Assembly: GCA_021613535.1 (NCBI GenBank)
Contig: CP075494.1
Span: 14,818,001 to 14,882,000 of the forward strand
Direction of reading: 5' to 3'
DNA from: Adineta vaga
Taxonomy: Eukaryota; Animalia; Rotifera
DNA length: 64,000 nucleotides
Shown here: positions 1-16,220 of the stretch, piece by piece
Layout: each line of letters starts with the position of its first letter
How positions within the stretch are numbered: position 1 is the first letter of the stretch
Made by a program: the position numbers and the translations under genes
The notes under the pieces: model-generated
Told to the model about the DNA's origin: nothing
What the model saw: only the letters and a program-made list of their open reading frames with translations
The model's database searches: none

Positions 1-292
1 CATATAATTCATAACGATTCAGTTTTTTTCTTTTTTCAGACTAAACCATATAGTATTTATGGCCAACGTATTTGTTATTTTTAGTTCTTTCTGTATAATA
101 TATCAAACTTAGAGTACGTTGTGTGCTTAGCAATTTAAATAAGTTGACACTCTTGCATTTTTTTAATCAATTTTTTACGATGATTCATTCTATGTCTCAT
201 CATAAACGACAATACTTACTCATACATAAGATTGAGTATATAAAGTATTGAAGTTTCTATTTTTCTTCATATTATTTAAGACAAATCGAATT

Positions 293-3200
293 ATGGATTC
301 ATTAAATAGTACGGAACAAATATTTCAACAAGAGAATAAACATTATTTACATAAACCAGTCCAACAAGTTCGAAGTTATGATAATACTCGTCAAAAACAA
401 AAGAAACAACAAACATTTATTAGACATAATCGTTCAAAGTCTACCGGTTTTCGACATTCTATACGACATTTAACTTCATGTGCTTTAGTCAGGTAAATCA
501 TTGTGACTGAATAATTATAAACCGTCTTCAGGTATGTGACATTTTTCTGTTTCTCTAGAACTAGGTTTTCCCTTATGTTCTGGAACGTTCATACGATGCT
601 TATCGGACTCGACAGCCTAGTCGTTCGATTCCACCATTATATATTCTGCATTTTGCCGAAGAGAAAAAGCGAGAAGATAGTAAACATAGTTTCTATTGTG
701 GAGATTTTTCTTCTTCTTCTTCTTCTTCTTCTATCGCCTAATAAAGAGGATCTAATGTTGCCGTGAGCGTCCTGACGGTATGTGGAAAAAAAAGAGATGT
801 TGATGTCACTTAGTCGATTTTCTAGCGTCTCGTTTTTGTTTTATCGCACGTTCGCAGTTTAAATGTAGAAGTAAGTAATCAAGAAAACAAAAGGCAACAA
901 TAGACAAAAACAAAAAAAAAGAAATTTTAACACGTGCTTAATGAATAGAAAAATGAAAGAAGGGTAAGTCGTTTTTCCCATTGTACTGAAATTAGAAACT
1001 AACATTTTTTTTCTTTTTAAGAAAATATTTATATATATGTGTGTTTATTCATCTTGAATGAGCTGAGAAATATTTCTTCATTTATAGTTTCTCTTTGATT
1101 AGAAGCAGAAGGACAAGAATAGGATAGATATCAATATCATTTTTCATTTATTATTCAAAAGAGTGAAATAATATAAGATAGAAAATGTTTTGTTAGTACA
1201 ATTTTCTTCATTCTAGTGGTGAATAGGAGTGCCATTCTCCTGAATATATAGAAAATGTTTTACTTCAGTTGTCGTCTCGTTCGACAGCTACTAGTTGAAT
1301 CATTAAGTATTGCCATAACTAGAAGTCGTCAGAGAAAAAACAACAGGAAAACGAACATTTATAATCGATTACTTTTTCTTTAAATGAGAAAAAAACGAGT
1401 ATGTGAATGTGTCACTACATCGACAATAGCTTTCTTAGTTTGATAAAAATCGACGAGAAATAAGAAGAATATTGAATTTACTTTAACGTTCTTTTATTTC
1501 TCGAGAACGCGACTACTATTCAAATTTTCTTCTTCTTCTTCTTCTTCTTCTTCCCAATGTTTATCACTTTATAAACACTATTCAAAAACCAAATGTTATT
1601 ATTCAGGTAGGGAAAATGAATTTCATTAGGAAGACTTTGATAAAAAAACAGACATATAATTATTTACGGAGGAGTTTCAAAATATACATTCACATATAGG
1701 CGAATGAATAACCTATAATATTACTTCTGAAGAAAGACATTTTCTTCGTGTAGGTGTATTCCTTTATTTTTTTAAATTTATTCATCAATACCATCATCAA
1801 TCGGAAATGCAATTTTCTTCCGACTACTTTCACGAGATATATATATATGAAAGAAAATATTGATAATGATCATCAAAAATAAACAAAAGAATATTGAGAT
1901 GAGAGATATCGATCATTTCTTCTGATCAAATGTCAAGTATACTTAGAAAAGATTATATCAATGATATAATATATCCGAAATTGTTGTATTTTATTTGGAT
2001 TTCTCTCAAGTAAGTCATCGAGAATTGGATATGTCTGTTTATCATTTCATCGAGAGAGAGAGAGAGATTATCGATGAGTTTTATTTAGAAGGAGAAGAAA
2101 AAAAAACGTATCTCTCGTGTCGGAAACCACATTCCATCGTTTTTTTCTATGACAGAGATCGTCGCTATTATCAAACTTGTTATTGATTGTTGAATGAGAT
2201 AGAATAATTTGAATTTGATTTAGACGAAAACCCGGTCGAACAACAAATTCTGAAGATCATCATTCTTCAACAACTGATATAAGTATTGACATTGAGGATA
2301 CCCAATCTCAATTACCAAAAAGTCATTTACTTCCAAATGAACCGTCGTCGTCGTCTTCATCACCGTTGAAAACAACGCATCGAAATATTGAACAATTGAA
2401 AAAAACTGCGAGTGATGGTAATTCATCAACAGTTCCACTTCATAAACAATTAGAAAAAAAGAATAGTAGTCAATCACATTCAACAACATTTGCTGGCAAT
2501 TCTCCCCTACCTAAACAAGCAATTCCCAATGAAAATATCTCAATACTTAATATACGTAAATTATCAAATAAAGAGGTATGAATTGTTCATTCATAAACGA
2601 TTGAGTTGACGAGTATAATCTGACACGACGTATCTTCTTTTCTTTCTCATATTTGTATGCATATCAATAGAGCTTATAACTTTCTAATCTTCTCTCTACA
2701 TGTCAAATTGAATTGATTTAAAAGGAGAGAAAAAAAAACAAACTTTCATTGTCAACATTCGATTACTTTTAATGAATTCATTCATTTCAATCTTCTTTCT
2801 ATTTCTTATTTAGATTAGTACAAGTCTTGTTAATCTGATGGGTACTGCATCGGATTCAGTCTCACATACTAATACAGCACAAATGCCAATTCAACAAACT
2901 AAAGTATGTATTTCTATTCGAAATGAACGAACGGTTTGTTTTTGATCTATGACCTTGCTTATTTTTGGCGTTTGCCTGTTTTTGTTGTTGTTGCTGTTGA
3001 TGTCACGTCAACAAAAAAAAGGAAAAAGAAATCGATGATGATGAACAAAGACGCAGGGCGATGGAGATAAATATATTCGAATAACAGAGAGAGAGAAAAA
3101 AAGAAACGGCATGCAGAAAGTTTTCATCATCAGACAAGCAAAGCACGTCTCGAGAAATTCTCGTGCACCGCCTGCTATTCTATACCGAAATTATTGATAG

Positions 3201-5977
3201 CGAGAAGAGAAAAAATGCAAGAATTCCTTTCTTCTCTCCTTTGTCTATTGACTATCGTCGATGGTTGCGAGTTGTTATTGTACGAAATCATAATGATAAT
3301 AAGAAGCAAACAAATGTATCTTTTTATGAATCGATCTTTGTCGTCGTTTTTCTAAGATCTGATCGATATGCGTCGACGACAACGAACAATAGCAACTGAA
3401 ATTCATGTAAACATGAATTCCAATGAGAAGATATCTTCGACTATTTCACCTATATTTTCGCATCGTTTGATTAATCTTTCGCCTTTATTATCACTTCGAA
3501 ATCAAAATCTTTTCGTAGGCTTTTTCTTTTCTTGTCTGTATCATAAAGATCTTTCATTTTTTCTTTTGCTTCCCAGCACATATCTCCGACGTCTGCTTCT
3601 TCTGTGGATCGATTGGTAAGTAAAAAGATCATAAATTTATTTCGATTTTTTTCTATTGATTTCTTCAGGGATCTTTTGGATCATCATCAAATGTTGGAGC
3701 TACTGGAATGTCGGATTCGACATCATTACAGCGAACAATTACGACAGGAAATAATCATATTGGTAATACATCACCATCAAATTCATATTCATGGAATTAT
3801 GAAAGTTCAGTGACGATCTCGACAAATAATGACGATGAATGTTTATCTGGATTAGAAATTGATGATAAACCATTAATATATCGTCAACAATTTCAATCAT
3901 TTGTAGGATAAAACAATTCTCTTATAGATATTTATCATCTTTTTACTTTATAAGGATCATTCGAATTGGTATGGAATCAGTGAAGCGAACGGTCCTATTA
4001 TTATTTCATATAAATATGCTAATGATCAAGATAAACAACGATATATAATGGCAATTGTTCGGTTCGTATTTCTTGAAAGTAAATATTTAACAGTTCATGA
4101 TTAGTCAATTTTATTATCTAGAACTCGACAACGAACATATGTTGAACAATTATTCGATATACCAGTATCATGTTTTTCATTAGATATCTTACGTCGAATA
4201 TGTGATCAATGTGCTTTGACTGATATTGAATATTTCGATCCGGTGCTTTGTGATGGGGTAATTTTGAACGCAAAGAAAAAAACAAATCATCAAGATTATT
4301 TTCTTTCTTTTTATCAGACTCGTGATCTTCTTTTGAAATATGATGAATCACATGTATCTAATCAACATAAATTTGGTATTATTTATCAACGTACTAATCA
4401 AATGACTGAAGAAGATATATTCAGTAATGAAATATAGTGTAGCAATGAATAGATTTCTTGATCTAATTGGTGATCGTGTTAAACTCAAAGATTTTCAAGG
4501 GTAAATTATCATTTCAAATCAAGAATTTTATTTCAAAGAAAATCTTTTCTTTAGATTTCGTGGTGGTCTTGATAATAAATCTGATCATACAGGAACGGAA
4601 TCTATCTATGAAAAATTTCATAATCATGAAATCATGTTTCATGTTAGTACATTATTACCACATTCGAAAATAGAACGACAACAACTTGAACGTAAACGAC
4701 ATATTGGAAATGATATTGTTTCGATTATTTTTCAAGAAGATGAAACAATTTTCAATCCCGAATGTATCACATCACAATTTTTACATGTTTATCTCGTTAT
4801 AACACCATTAGATTCTAATGGAAATCAATATAAAGTAGCCATTATTCATCGTGATAGTGTTCCATCATTTGGACCAGTTTCGAATTCGTCAAAAATATTT
4901 CAATGTGATCAAATATTTAAAGAATGGTTATTAACAAAATTGATCAATGCAGAAATGGCGTCATGTCGATCGAATACTTTTCAAAAATATCAAGTAGAGT
5001 TGTTTTGTTTTTTTTTGTAAATTTAATTTTTCAATGAAATGAAATTCTTTTAGGAACGTACAAAAATGAATTTATTCAATAATCTTTATCGAACATTACA
5101 CGATAATAATCGACCATATATGGATTTGATTCTTAATCATAGTCAATATAAACATGAATGTGAATTAGAACAACAACGTGAAGATTCTTCACCGAAAACT
5201 TATGATCGTCATATAGATAATTCTTTACTTGGCTCAATGAAACGTCGTCTTATCGCACCGAAATTACGCGTACAACATGCAAATCCATCAACACCAACGA
5301 CTTATATTATCACATCATCGACAGTTAATAATACAAATGATCCGAAATTAAAAGTACGTTCATTGGCCGATGAGATCAAACGAAGTGTCTCGAAAGAATC
5401 AGTGATATCAAATGGAAAAATAACATCCATATTTTCATCATCGAAGGTAACGATCGATAAGACTTCTCTATCACAATCGATAAACTTAAATTTTTAGAAT
5501 CAAAATTCCAAAACCGATAAATCAAATACAAATCGTCCGGTATTAGAATCGGAAAATTTCGATTCATCTTCAAAGTAATATATTCTATGTTCATCATCTT
5601 TTCATTAGAAATATCACCTTGATTCTCGTTCTAGTACAAAATGTATTTCACCAATTTCGAATGATAATTCAAATAATGTTTCCACAACACTCAATTCGAA
5701 TAATTCATCATCTGATGATATTGATTCCGATCAATTTTCCTACGATTATCTTCAATCTTCATCAAAAGATGGTTTGAATCTCATCTAAAATAATCTTAAA
5801 AAAAGTCGAACTTTTCCTTCTTATCATTTAGAATTAATCAAATGCATTCAGACATTACAACAACAAAATTCCACAAAATTAACTCAATTAAATCAAATGC
5901 ATTCTCAAACAGTTCAACAATTGAAAACTCAATTGATTAAACAACAAAATTCATTCGACAAAGACCTATTATCATAG
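293..5977 (+). CDS. RAP1GAP: Rap1 GTPase-activating protein (Rap_GAP domain), multi-exon; apparent frameshift at ~4432-4437
   Basis: Spliced exons give HKFGIIYQ..QMTEEDIFSN, FLDLIGDRVKLKDFQGFRGGLD and IMFHVSTLLP..QQLERKRHIGNDIV (catalytic Asn motif), plus WLLTKLINAE and a C-terminal coiled coil ending TAG 5975-5977. 5' exon structure is uncertain: exon 293-492 joins exon 2224 in phase, and other first exons are possible. Confidence 0.85.
1527..1553. repeat. (TTC)n microsatellite
   Basis: Run of TTC/TCT triplets in an intron. Confidence 0.8.
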
Positions 5978-6440
5978 AAATTATTCTCCATTCTATCTAC
6001 TCCGTCCTTATTATTAATGTAAATTATCGATAATATCTTCTATCATAATATTAAGATTGAAAAAATCTCATTGTTTTGTGTTCATTAATCTTTGTATTAT
6101 TATTATTTATCTGTCTTTGTTTTTATTTCAGTGATTGAATATCATCGAAAGTTCGATAAATGTAAAAATAAATTTTCAATTTCAAACAAAATTATTCTCT
6201 TTTTTTTGTTTCCAATGTTATTCTATTCTTTGTTTTTCTTGTAAACAAGAGTACAATGAACAGTGCTAGATGACATAACGAATGTTTTTGAAACACAACA
6301 AATCAAGACATGGAAGAAACAGAGAGAGAGAAAGAGAGAGAGAAGAAAAATCTAATAATGAACAAATGTAACAATAAAAAAAGAAGAAACCGAAGAATGT
6401 CTAATTACGATATTGTCATATTGAAGATATTTGCCGTTGT

Positions 6441-6803
6441 TTATTCATTGTATTTTTCTTTATGATTAAGTAAATATTCAGAAAGAAAACTAATTGGTTT
6501 TGCAGGTCGTTCTTTTGCAAGTTGAGACATGGCTTGAAGAAGAATAGGAACAACAGTTTGATCCAAATAGGCTCGTGTTGGTAATGTTGATAAATCGGGT
6601 TTGGTTTTATCAGTTGATTGTTGCGAATTGCTATTATTTTCCTTAGTCGTATCCGATGTTGTTGTTTTCTCATTATTGGATTGTGGTTCACTTGAATCAG
6701 CTGCTGTTTGAGCTTCCATTTGTTCCGATGTTGTACTTACAACATTCTTTTCACCCGATTCATCAGCTGGTGTTTGTGCATTTTCACCTGAAACTTCAGA
6801 CAT
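6441..6803 (-). CDS. DPY30: Dpy-30 homolog, tandem copy A
   Basis: [38 protein letters not shown] is the Dpy-30 dimerisation motif; acidic disordered N-terminus; intronless. Confidence 0.92.
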   Translation of the reverse strand: MSEVSGENAQTPADESGEKNVVSTTSEQMEAQTAADSSEPQSNNEKTTTSDTTKENNSNSQQSTDKTKPDLSTLPTRAYLDQTVVPILLQAMSQLAKERPAKPISFLSEYLLNHKEKYNE

Positions 6804-6946
6804 TTTGTTTTTTTATTAATCTAAAATGAAAAAAAAATCAAAACTTGATATAAAAAAGAAACGAATGACTTCGGTAAACTAGGTTTAAAATATCTGAACA
6901 ATACAATCAAATCTAAATGTACTACAAAAACAAGGTCTGACAAGAT

Positions 6947-7279
6947 TTATTCGCCATATTTTTCTTTGTTTTGTTGTAAATATAAAGCCAAATTTTCAAT
7001 TGGTTTTGCTGGACGATCACGTGCAAGTTGTGACATACCTTGAAGAAGAATAGGTACAACAGTTTGATCAAGATATGCACGTGTTGGTAAGGTTGAAACA
7101 TCAACTTTTTGTTTAGTTGTTGCTGAATCATCTTTCGAATTCTCGCTATTATTGACCTTTGTTGTATCACTTATCTGTTGATCCATTGGTTCATTTGTTG
7201 ATGTTTTTTCAACATCATTACCATTAACAGATGATTGTCCATTTTCTTCAGGTGGATTTTCAACAACAGTATCTGACAT
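6947..7279 (-). CDS. DPY30: Dpy-30 homolog, tandem copy B
   Basis: [38 protein letters not shown]. Start taken at MSDTVVENP (7279), parallel to copy A MSEVSGEN. Confidence 0.9.
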   Translation of the reverse strand: MSDTVVENPPEENGQSSVNGNDVEKTSTNEPMDQQISDTTKVNNSENSKDDSATTKQKVDVSTLPTRAYLDQTVVPILLQGMSQLARDRPAKPIENLALYLQQNKEKYGE

Positions 7280-7933
7280 GTTTTCTTTTTCGTCGTTCAA
7301 CGAGACGAGAGATAGTAGAAGGTGATAAATGAATGAACAAAGAAACGTGTCCGTCGAGTAGTCTTTCTCTACAATCGCCATTGTTGACCGACCATCGAAT
7401 AACTTTTTCGAAGAGAGGTTTCAAAGAAATTTGCATTTGAGAAGAAAATAATGAATGCTGATTTCTTTTCTACCTTTGATGAGACTTAGTAATAATGAAA
7501 ATAGATTGATAGAAAAGAATTAAGTTCATGACAGATGTCACTACTGAACAGTACTGATTCCGATTCTATCCGTCGATCTTAATTAAGAAATTTCAAGCCG
7601 AAAACATCGATTTATTTTGGAAACTTTTAAGAAAGATCAGTGGAACAACATAGAAGACGGTACAATAGATTCACGCACGATAAAAAAATCTTTGTCGTAA
7701 TGAAAGACAACAAAAATGAGGCACAATAGTATTAAGTTTACAATAGAGAAAAAAAAAGATTATGATTTTTTTGTGTTCATTTCAAAGATGTAAATGGACA
7801 TGAGCATATGACAATAATAGCAACAACAATTAGAAAAAAAAGAAGAAATGCATCGTATGGAAAAATAAATATAAATATAAAACATCAATTATGTTCAAGA
7901 TTTTTAATAGAAGATTCATTTTTGAGTTTCGTT

Positions 7934-10214
7934 TCACTTTCGTACATTCGCTCTAGAAATTTCAAATAGATTATTGATTTCTAATGAAATATGCAATCTT
8001 CTTACTTATTTCCATCACCACCACCCGATTGAACAGATCCAGCAATTGCTGCATTACCCGTAGTAGCCAATGGAGCTGTAAGTGGTTGAGTTTTATTACC
8101 AGTATTAGCCGCAGGAGTACCTGCTGTTTCACCTTTATGGGCGGAATCATCCGAATCATATTCATCTTCACTACTACTCGATGATGTTCGGAAATAATTG
8201 TCTTTAACAAAATGAAATATTCCACTAAATATTTGAAGAAACATTTCTCTACAAAGAAAAGCGAATAGATGATTTTTCTTACGTTTTCTTTGGTACTGGA
8301 TTGGATGCATTCTGCAAAAGATTACGATATTGTTCCGATTGAATAAAACGTGGATAACTATTCTTTTTCATTAATTCAACAATATGTTTTTCAGCTTCAA
8401 GAAATATTTCTCTGAAAAAATAAATCGATTTCTATTGAAATTTTTCATTGATTCAAAGGTCGATTTACCGATTAGGATTGGTTAATAGTTTAATAATTTT
8501 AGTTCGAATAGTATCATTAATATTAACTTCTTGAGGAGCATTTGGCGCTAAATGTTCACTAATAAATAAATAAAGCGAGATTTATTATCTTGAAGCTTTC
8601 TTTCTCTTACCGATAGACAAGTTCAGCTTTTTCTTTGATTGTTGATAGTGGACAATTTCGTATTTCTTGCACGTGTAAGTAGAAATTTAAACTTTCAGTG
8701 GAAAAATCTGCTTTACAAAACTTCATAAATTCTCGTACACCAGTTGGATCGGAAAGAAGTTCTTTACAATTAAATGACCAACGACGAACACGAAGTTGAG
8801 TTGGATTTTCCACTCTAAATTAAATCCACATTTCTCTTCTTTATCTTTCGATTCAATATAAAATTACTACATACAATGGTTGCATCAAATCCCACCGATC
8901 TGTATCTGATGTTAACCATGGATTCGATGGTGGACAATGACCCAAAAATGGATCATAATCACTCAGTACTTCAAAAAACGCACATAAACTAAAACAAAAT
9001 AAAAGAAGTAGAAGTTTGTTTTCTTAATTAACAACATACGAAAACGAATGCAACATAAAGCATTTGGTGCATTAACATTGAGAAAAAAACAGAGAGGATG
9101 ACATCGATCGCTTAGCAGGGAATATAGAAACGAGTAATAAAAAAAACCTTTGATGTGTTTGAGATGATTTTGTGCGTACTCGATTGGTTAATGCCTGTTG
9201 CAGATATTCAAGCTGAAAAATACGTTAGTTCAATGATTTTTGTTTATCATCTATACGATTTGTCATCAAACAAAACTAAATATTGATTTACTCACACGAC
9301 GTTTTAAAGCTTCATCACGTCTTATTGGTCGAAATGTATAGAGATCATTTCGAATATCCATTTCCAAAACAGATGTTTCATCCGGCTATAAATATAAATG
9401 TTTTTTTTTATAACAATATTGATGTAAAGAAGAAAACAAATACTGACTGATGGACGCATGACACGCCAAAATGCTCGTTCCTGACTATCAATGATAGTCT
9501 TATCTGTCTTTTTACGATCTTTGAGAACTCGAAATTGTGCTTCCGCTTGCATTGTAACAAAATCCCATTGATGAAGTAGCTTCTTTTTCAAATCATCTAA
9601 TGCACGCTAAAAAAAGAATAGAAATAAAAACGAATAAAATGATGATAGCAATGGTCAGACCATTTCGTGTTCTTCAAGACCATGTCGTTGTCGATTTCTT
9701 AATGTTCGTTTAATTAAATAGATCGCTAGAAAAGAATACCGAATCAATCAATAAAACAAGAAGAAATAAATTTTCACCAACCATATTCGGTATTTCCTGT
9801 AGTCCAATTTGTTGAAACCCAAAAATATGGTGCTTGAAAACGAAATAATTCATTGTCTTCTTTAATCTGAACAGCGCCATTGGTTGTTACATGAAAGAAA
9901 TATCCATAATAACATAATAATGAAGCTAAATGAAGTGCTTCAACTGAAAAATAAAAAGGAAAAAAATATTCAATTCAGTTCATTCAAGACAATCATATGA
10001 ACATACTGGAATCTTTGACACCTAATTTCTGCATAATCCATTCAGTAACATCATTTCCGGTGAATGCATTCGGTACTGTTGTAAGAAAAAGTTTTTGACT
10101 TCGAACAGGTACACCTGCTGTTGGATGTTGCATGGCTTTTACAATTCGTTCCATTCGTTGAAATTGAAGAGAACGTGGTAAACCTTTTCGTTGTGTATTC
10201 GTTGTAATTTCCAT
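7934..10214 (-). CDS. RGS7: R7-family regulator of G-protein signalling (RGS6/7/EGL-10-like; DEP-GGL-RGS)
   Basis: DEP (GVPVRSQKLFLTTVPNAFTGNDVTEW, FRFQAPYFW), DHEX (QWDFVTMQAEAQ..DSQERAFWRVMRP), GGL (YDPFL..PSNPW) and RGS (RWSFNCKELLSDPTG..FSTESLNFY, YPRFIQS). The 3' end is either the stop at 8002 or a final micro-exon ending at 7934. Confidence 0.9.
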
Positions 10215-10861
10215 TCTTTTTTTGATGGTATTTTCTGAAAGTAAATTAAACAAATCATTATATAGATGTAATATGAAATAGGTTTTGTTTTTCACAGATA
10301 AGAAGAACATGATACACAAAAGTTCTTATTCAATATTTATATAGATATATATGTATAAAGAGAAAACATAGTATTAGATACCGAAAAATGAAAAACAAGA
10401 AGAAGAAGAGGAAAAGCAAGAGTATTATTATTAGTGAGATATATATCGAGATTGAGAGAAAGATTTTGTTTTTGTCAGAAGACACAATAAATAAAAGAGA
10501 GAAGAAAAGCTGACCAAATAAACATAGTAAAGAAACGAATATGTAGAAAAAAAACGTCACACATCTCTTCTATTGCTCTGTATTTCTGTCCAAAGAAAAC
10601 AGCACGTTTAAGTGAGTTCATAGAAAAGAGACAGAAAAAAAAATATTTGTTCATCACTATATTTCTGTATTGCTCAATTGCGCATTGTCAATTCAGTCTT
10701 TTTTAGAATGCGCAAATAAATGAAAACTATTAGAGTAAGAGTAAGAGAGAGAGAAAGAATGAGATAGTCAAACACAAACACAGGCAAAAAACAACAACAC
10801 CAACACAACCAAAGCAATGTTTAATAGAAAAATAAGCGATGTAAAAACGAGTAGAAATTGA

Positions 10862-12127
10862 TTAAATTTTGGTATGTTGCAGATTATCAAGGATAGCATT
10901 AAGAATTTCTTGTTTGGCCTTTTCAATATCTTTGCGTAGTTCAGTTAAAATTTCCATCTTAAATTTCTCTAAATCATTCGATGTATATGATGATTCAGTT
11001 GCTTTTCGTGTAACTCTTGGTGAAGTAACACCAGATGTAGTTGTTGTTGTAACTTTTGCTGTAGCTTTATTAATTGAATTATTTGGTTCATTTTTTTCAT
11101 TTTCATCAATATATTTACGTCGTTGGGCAAATTTAGCTGCCATTTCTGACATTAAATCCATCTGTGGTGCATTATTAGTTGTGTTTGCCTTACGTGTCGT
11201 ATTGTTAGCATTCGGAAGTATTAATGCAGGTGCAGGTGGAGGCCCGTTACCAAAACCATTTGGAAATGGCGGTGGAGGTGGAGGTGGTGGTGGTGGTGGT
11301 GGTGGCGGAGCAGCAGCAGCACTATTCGGAGTTGTCATAGGTTGATTTAATGGTGGTGCTGGTGGTATATTGATATTATTTTTATTAGACGGATTGTCGC
11401 CGTAATATGAGTAGGAATCTGAAATGAGAGCATAGTTTGTTTCTTCATCGTCGTTTGATTGCTGTTGTTGACTGTAATAATTATTATTTATTGATGTTGG
11501 TGTCGAACTCGATGGATTGGAATTTTGACGTAAATGATTAGAATAAGGTGATGATGAATATTGTTGCTGCTGACCATCAGATGGATGAGAAGAAAGTGAA
11601 GGAGAATTGATAGATGCTGTCGTCGATGGTGTAGGAAGTGTTGAAGGAGGTTGGCTCGATTGACGTTTATATGGTGGTGTATGAATAGTGTTATTATTAT
11701 TATTATTTGTATTATTCATGATTGAAGATGACGATGGAAGTGTTGCACCACCATTAACAATTGCATGCGACGATGATGAATTAACATTTTCAAGAATTTT
11801 CATCATTGTACTTCCAAATTCTTGTGCATCTAATTTGGATGAAAAATTTAATCCATAAACACATGATTGATCACGCCATTGATGAAATGTTGGTGTTGCT
11901 TGATTATATTTAATACCTTTACTTATTGAATGATTTAAAACAACTTCATGATCTTGAATTTGTCGACCAACAATACGATATGTTTGAGTATCTGGACAGA
12001 ATAATAATTGAATTTTTGCTGGACCATTCGGTGCACAATGTAACCATTTCTTTTGTGCATCATTATAAATCATTGCTGTTGCTTTGCAACTTGTTAGAAT
12101 ATCTTCTCGAGGATTATTACCTACCAT
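10862..12127 (-). CDS. ENAH: Ena/VASP family actin regulator
   Basis: EVH1 (MIYNDAQKKW..YRIVGR..YNQATPTFHQWRD..VYGLNF), polyproline tract, F-actin-binding MDLMSEMAAKFAQRRK and tetramerisation coil (DLEKFKMEILTELRKDIEKAKQEIL). CDS is intronless. Confidence 0.93.
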   Translation of the reverse strand: MVGNNPREDILTSCKATAMIYNDAQKKWLHCAPNGPAKIQLLFCPDTQTYRIVGRQIQDHEVVLNHSISKGIKYNQATPTFHQWRDQSCVYGLNFSSKLDAQEFGSTMMKILENVNSSSSHAIVNGGATLPSSSSIMNNTNNNNNNTIHTPPYKRQSSQPPSTLPTPSTTASINSPSLSSHPSDGQQQQYSSSPYSNHLRQNSNPSSSTPTSINNNYYSQQQQSNDDEETNYALISDSYSYYGDNPSNKNNINIPPAPPLNQPMTTPNSAAAAPPPPPPPPPPPPPPFPNGFGNGPPPAPALILPNANNTTRKANTTNNAPQMDLMSEMAAKFAQRRKYIDENEKNEPNNSINKATAKVTTTTTSGVTSPRVTRKATESSYTSNDLEKFKMEILTELRKDIEKAKQEILNAILDNLQHTKI

Positions 12128-14132
12128 AGTTGATTTATTGAAAGAAATTTATTCAAGTTAGATCGAGATGGACTAGAAAAAAACAACAACATATTTTTCT
12201 CAACAATACAGAAGATTAGTTTATTTTCTATCGATCTATGCCGAACAAAATCAGCTCATCTTACATATTCTTTTACACTTGATGCAATTAAGAACAATAC
12301 TCAAGTATACATGTCCTAAGAACATCATATCAAATAGCTGGATCAACATCTGTAGAAGAGGTATCATCATCTAAAAAAAATACTCCTTCCTTTCTTTGCT
12401 CTTCTCGGATGTTTACTATTGACTATACTACTACTGATTACTCACGTCTGCCTTATTGATCTATACAAGTCAAGAAACGTTGAAGTGTCATTTTCTGTTA
12501 GAAACAAGAGAATGTAATGATGCACAATAAACTAATCGATTTATATGGAGATAGAGATGAAAAAAAGACCTAGTCATTTAATTGTTTCTATGTGTCAATA
12601 TTGATCGTATTCTATTAGAAAAAAAAGAGATTGATGGCAAGAATATGTTCCTTGTTCTTACCTGAAATTTATATTTCAAGTATAATTATGATTAGTGATT
12701 TTTCTTTTCTCTTTACAGTGTAATAGAAACAAAAAGTCAATCAATTATATGAATGTGTGCATTTATTTGCCTGTCAGTAGCGGTATTTTTCATCAAGAAA
12801 TCATTTCCTTTTTCTTTCTTTCTAATTTATCTAATTGAACGCGATCTCCTTTTTATTCTATTCAATAATCTAAACAAGCATTTTCCTTCTTGTTTTACCT
12901 GATAAATAGAGAAGAATCACGAATGAATTTCACGTTAATTCTAAATACAGAAAAAGAAAAAAAAAGAATTTCAACAAAAACAATCTTTTCTTTCTTACCA
13001 CAAAATAAAACGAAACAAATAACTCTTCTACGACTTGAAAACAACTTGTTTTAATCATCTAGAAGAATAATTTGTTTAGCAATCGAATTAACTGAACATC
13101 TGTTCTCATTTCATGTTCAATAGACTCACATTTTTTTTTTATTGACATGACCTTTTTTATTTATCTCATTGGGTGTCAACGTTTCTAAGAGAAAAGCTCT
13201 TGTTTTTTTCTTTAAAGGAAACTCTCATCAATAAAAAAAGGATTTAAAAAATAATTCAACAATTATATCTTTTTGACATATCATTTGATAATAAATATGC
13301 ATAGATATGTTAGACAAGAGTTTGTAGAGGTCGATAACTTCATTTGGATTGGTTCATTCTATCTCATACTTCTTTCTATGCGTAGTTAGTTAGATGCTCG
13401 ACTGTATTCAATTCAATTTCGATGAATCTAATGATAATGTAACGTAGCTAAAAATTGATTCATGTATAACGAAAAACTATATTGTAAAAAGTACCGAATA
13501 TCTTTATCTGTTAAAGTGAACAACGAAGGTTATAAGAATCTTTTCGTTGTTATTCGGAAAATGACGACATTGATTCAATCAAAAAGTTTTAATTTCAGTT
13601 CGACAGTTATTTTCTACAATCTATCAACGCAATCATTGCATTGAATCATTACTAGAGAGCACCTTTATTACATATTTTCTACGTTGGAATCTCATTCAAG
13701 TATGATGACTAATGAAAATACTCAAATTTGATAAATTTTTTTCTCAAACATCATTATCAATAACATTTGAATATTTCACAAGGAATGACGAAAATGTTTA
13801 TTTATATTATATGATATGAAATCATTTTACATTCGATCGATATTTCATTTTATACTTATTCTCGTTCTGTTGCAGAACCTTCATATAAAATCAACCAATG
13901 AGAATCAAGTTGATATCCTCTACGAGTTCATTTCTATCGATGGTAAAAAAAAGAATCAACAGAAAATTATAAGTATGATAAACAGCTGGTTTACATTGAT
14001 CGATCTTGACGGTTAGAAATTAGTTTTTCTGTTTTTTTTCTTCAGATAGATTCAATGAAATTTTCAAATCTATCTTTTGGATGAAGAAACGACGTCGAAT
14101 TGTATCAATATAAATCTTAAAACTTCAAAATC

Positions 14133-16220
<2,088 letters not shown>

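Noticed and set aside
536-766. 76-aa ORF in the first Rap1GAP intron, and other short F/L/K-rich ORFs in the track
   Set aside because: Low-complexity translations of UTR or intron sequence with no recognisable motif, often with non-ATG starts.
10869-11345. 158-aa antisense ORF with poly-Gly, and similar antisense ORFs (34955-35233, 15944-16204, 21451-21705)
   Set aside because: Shadow frames of real genes on the other strand; no independent features.
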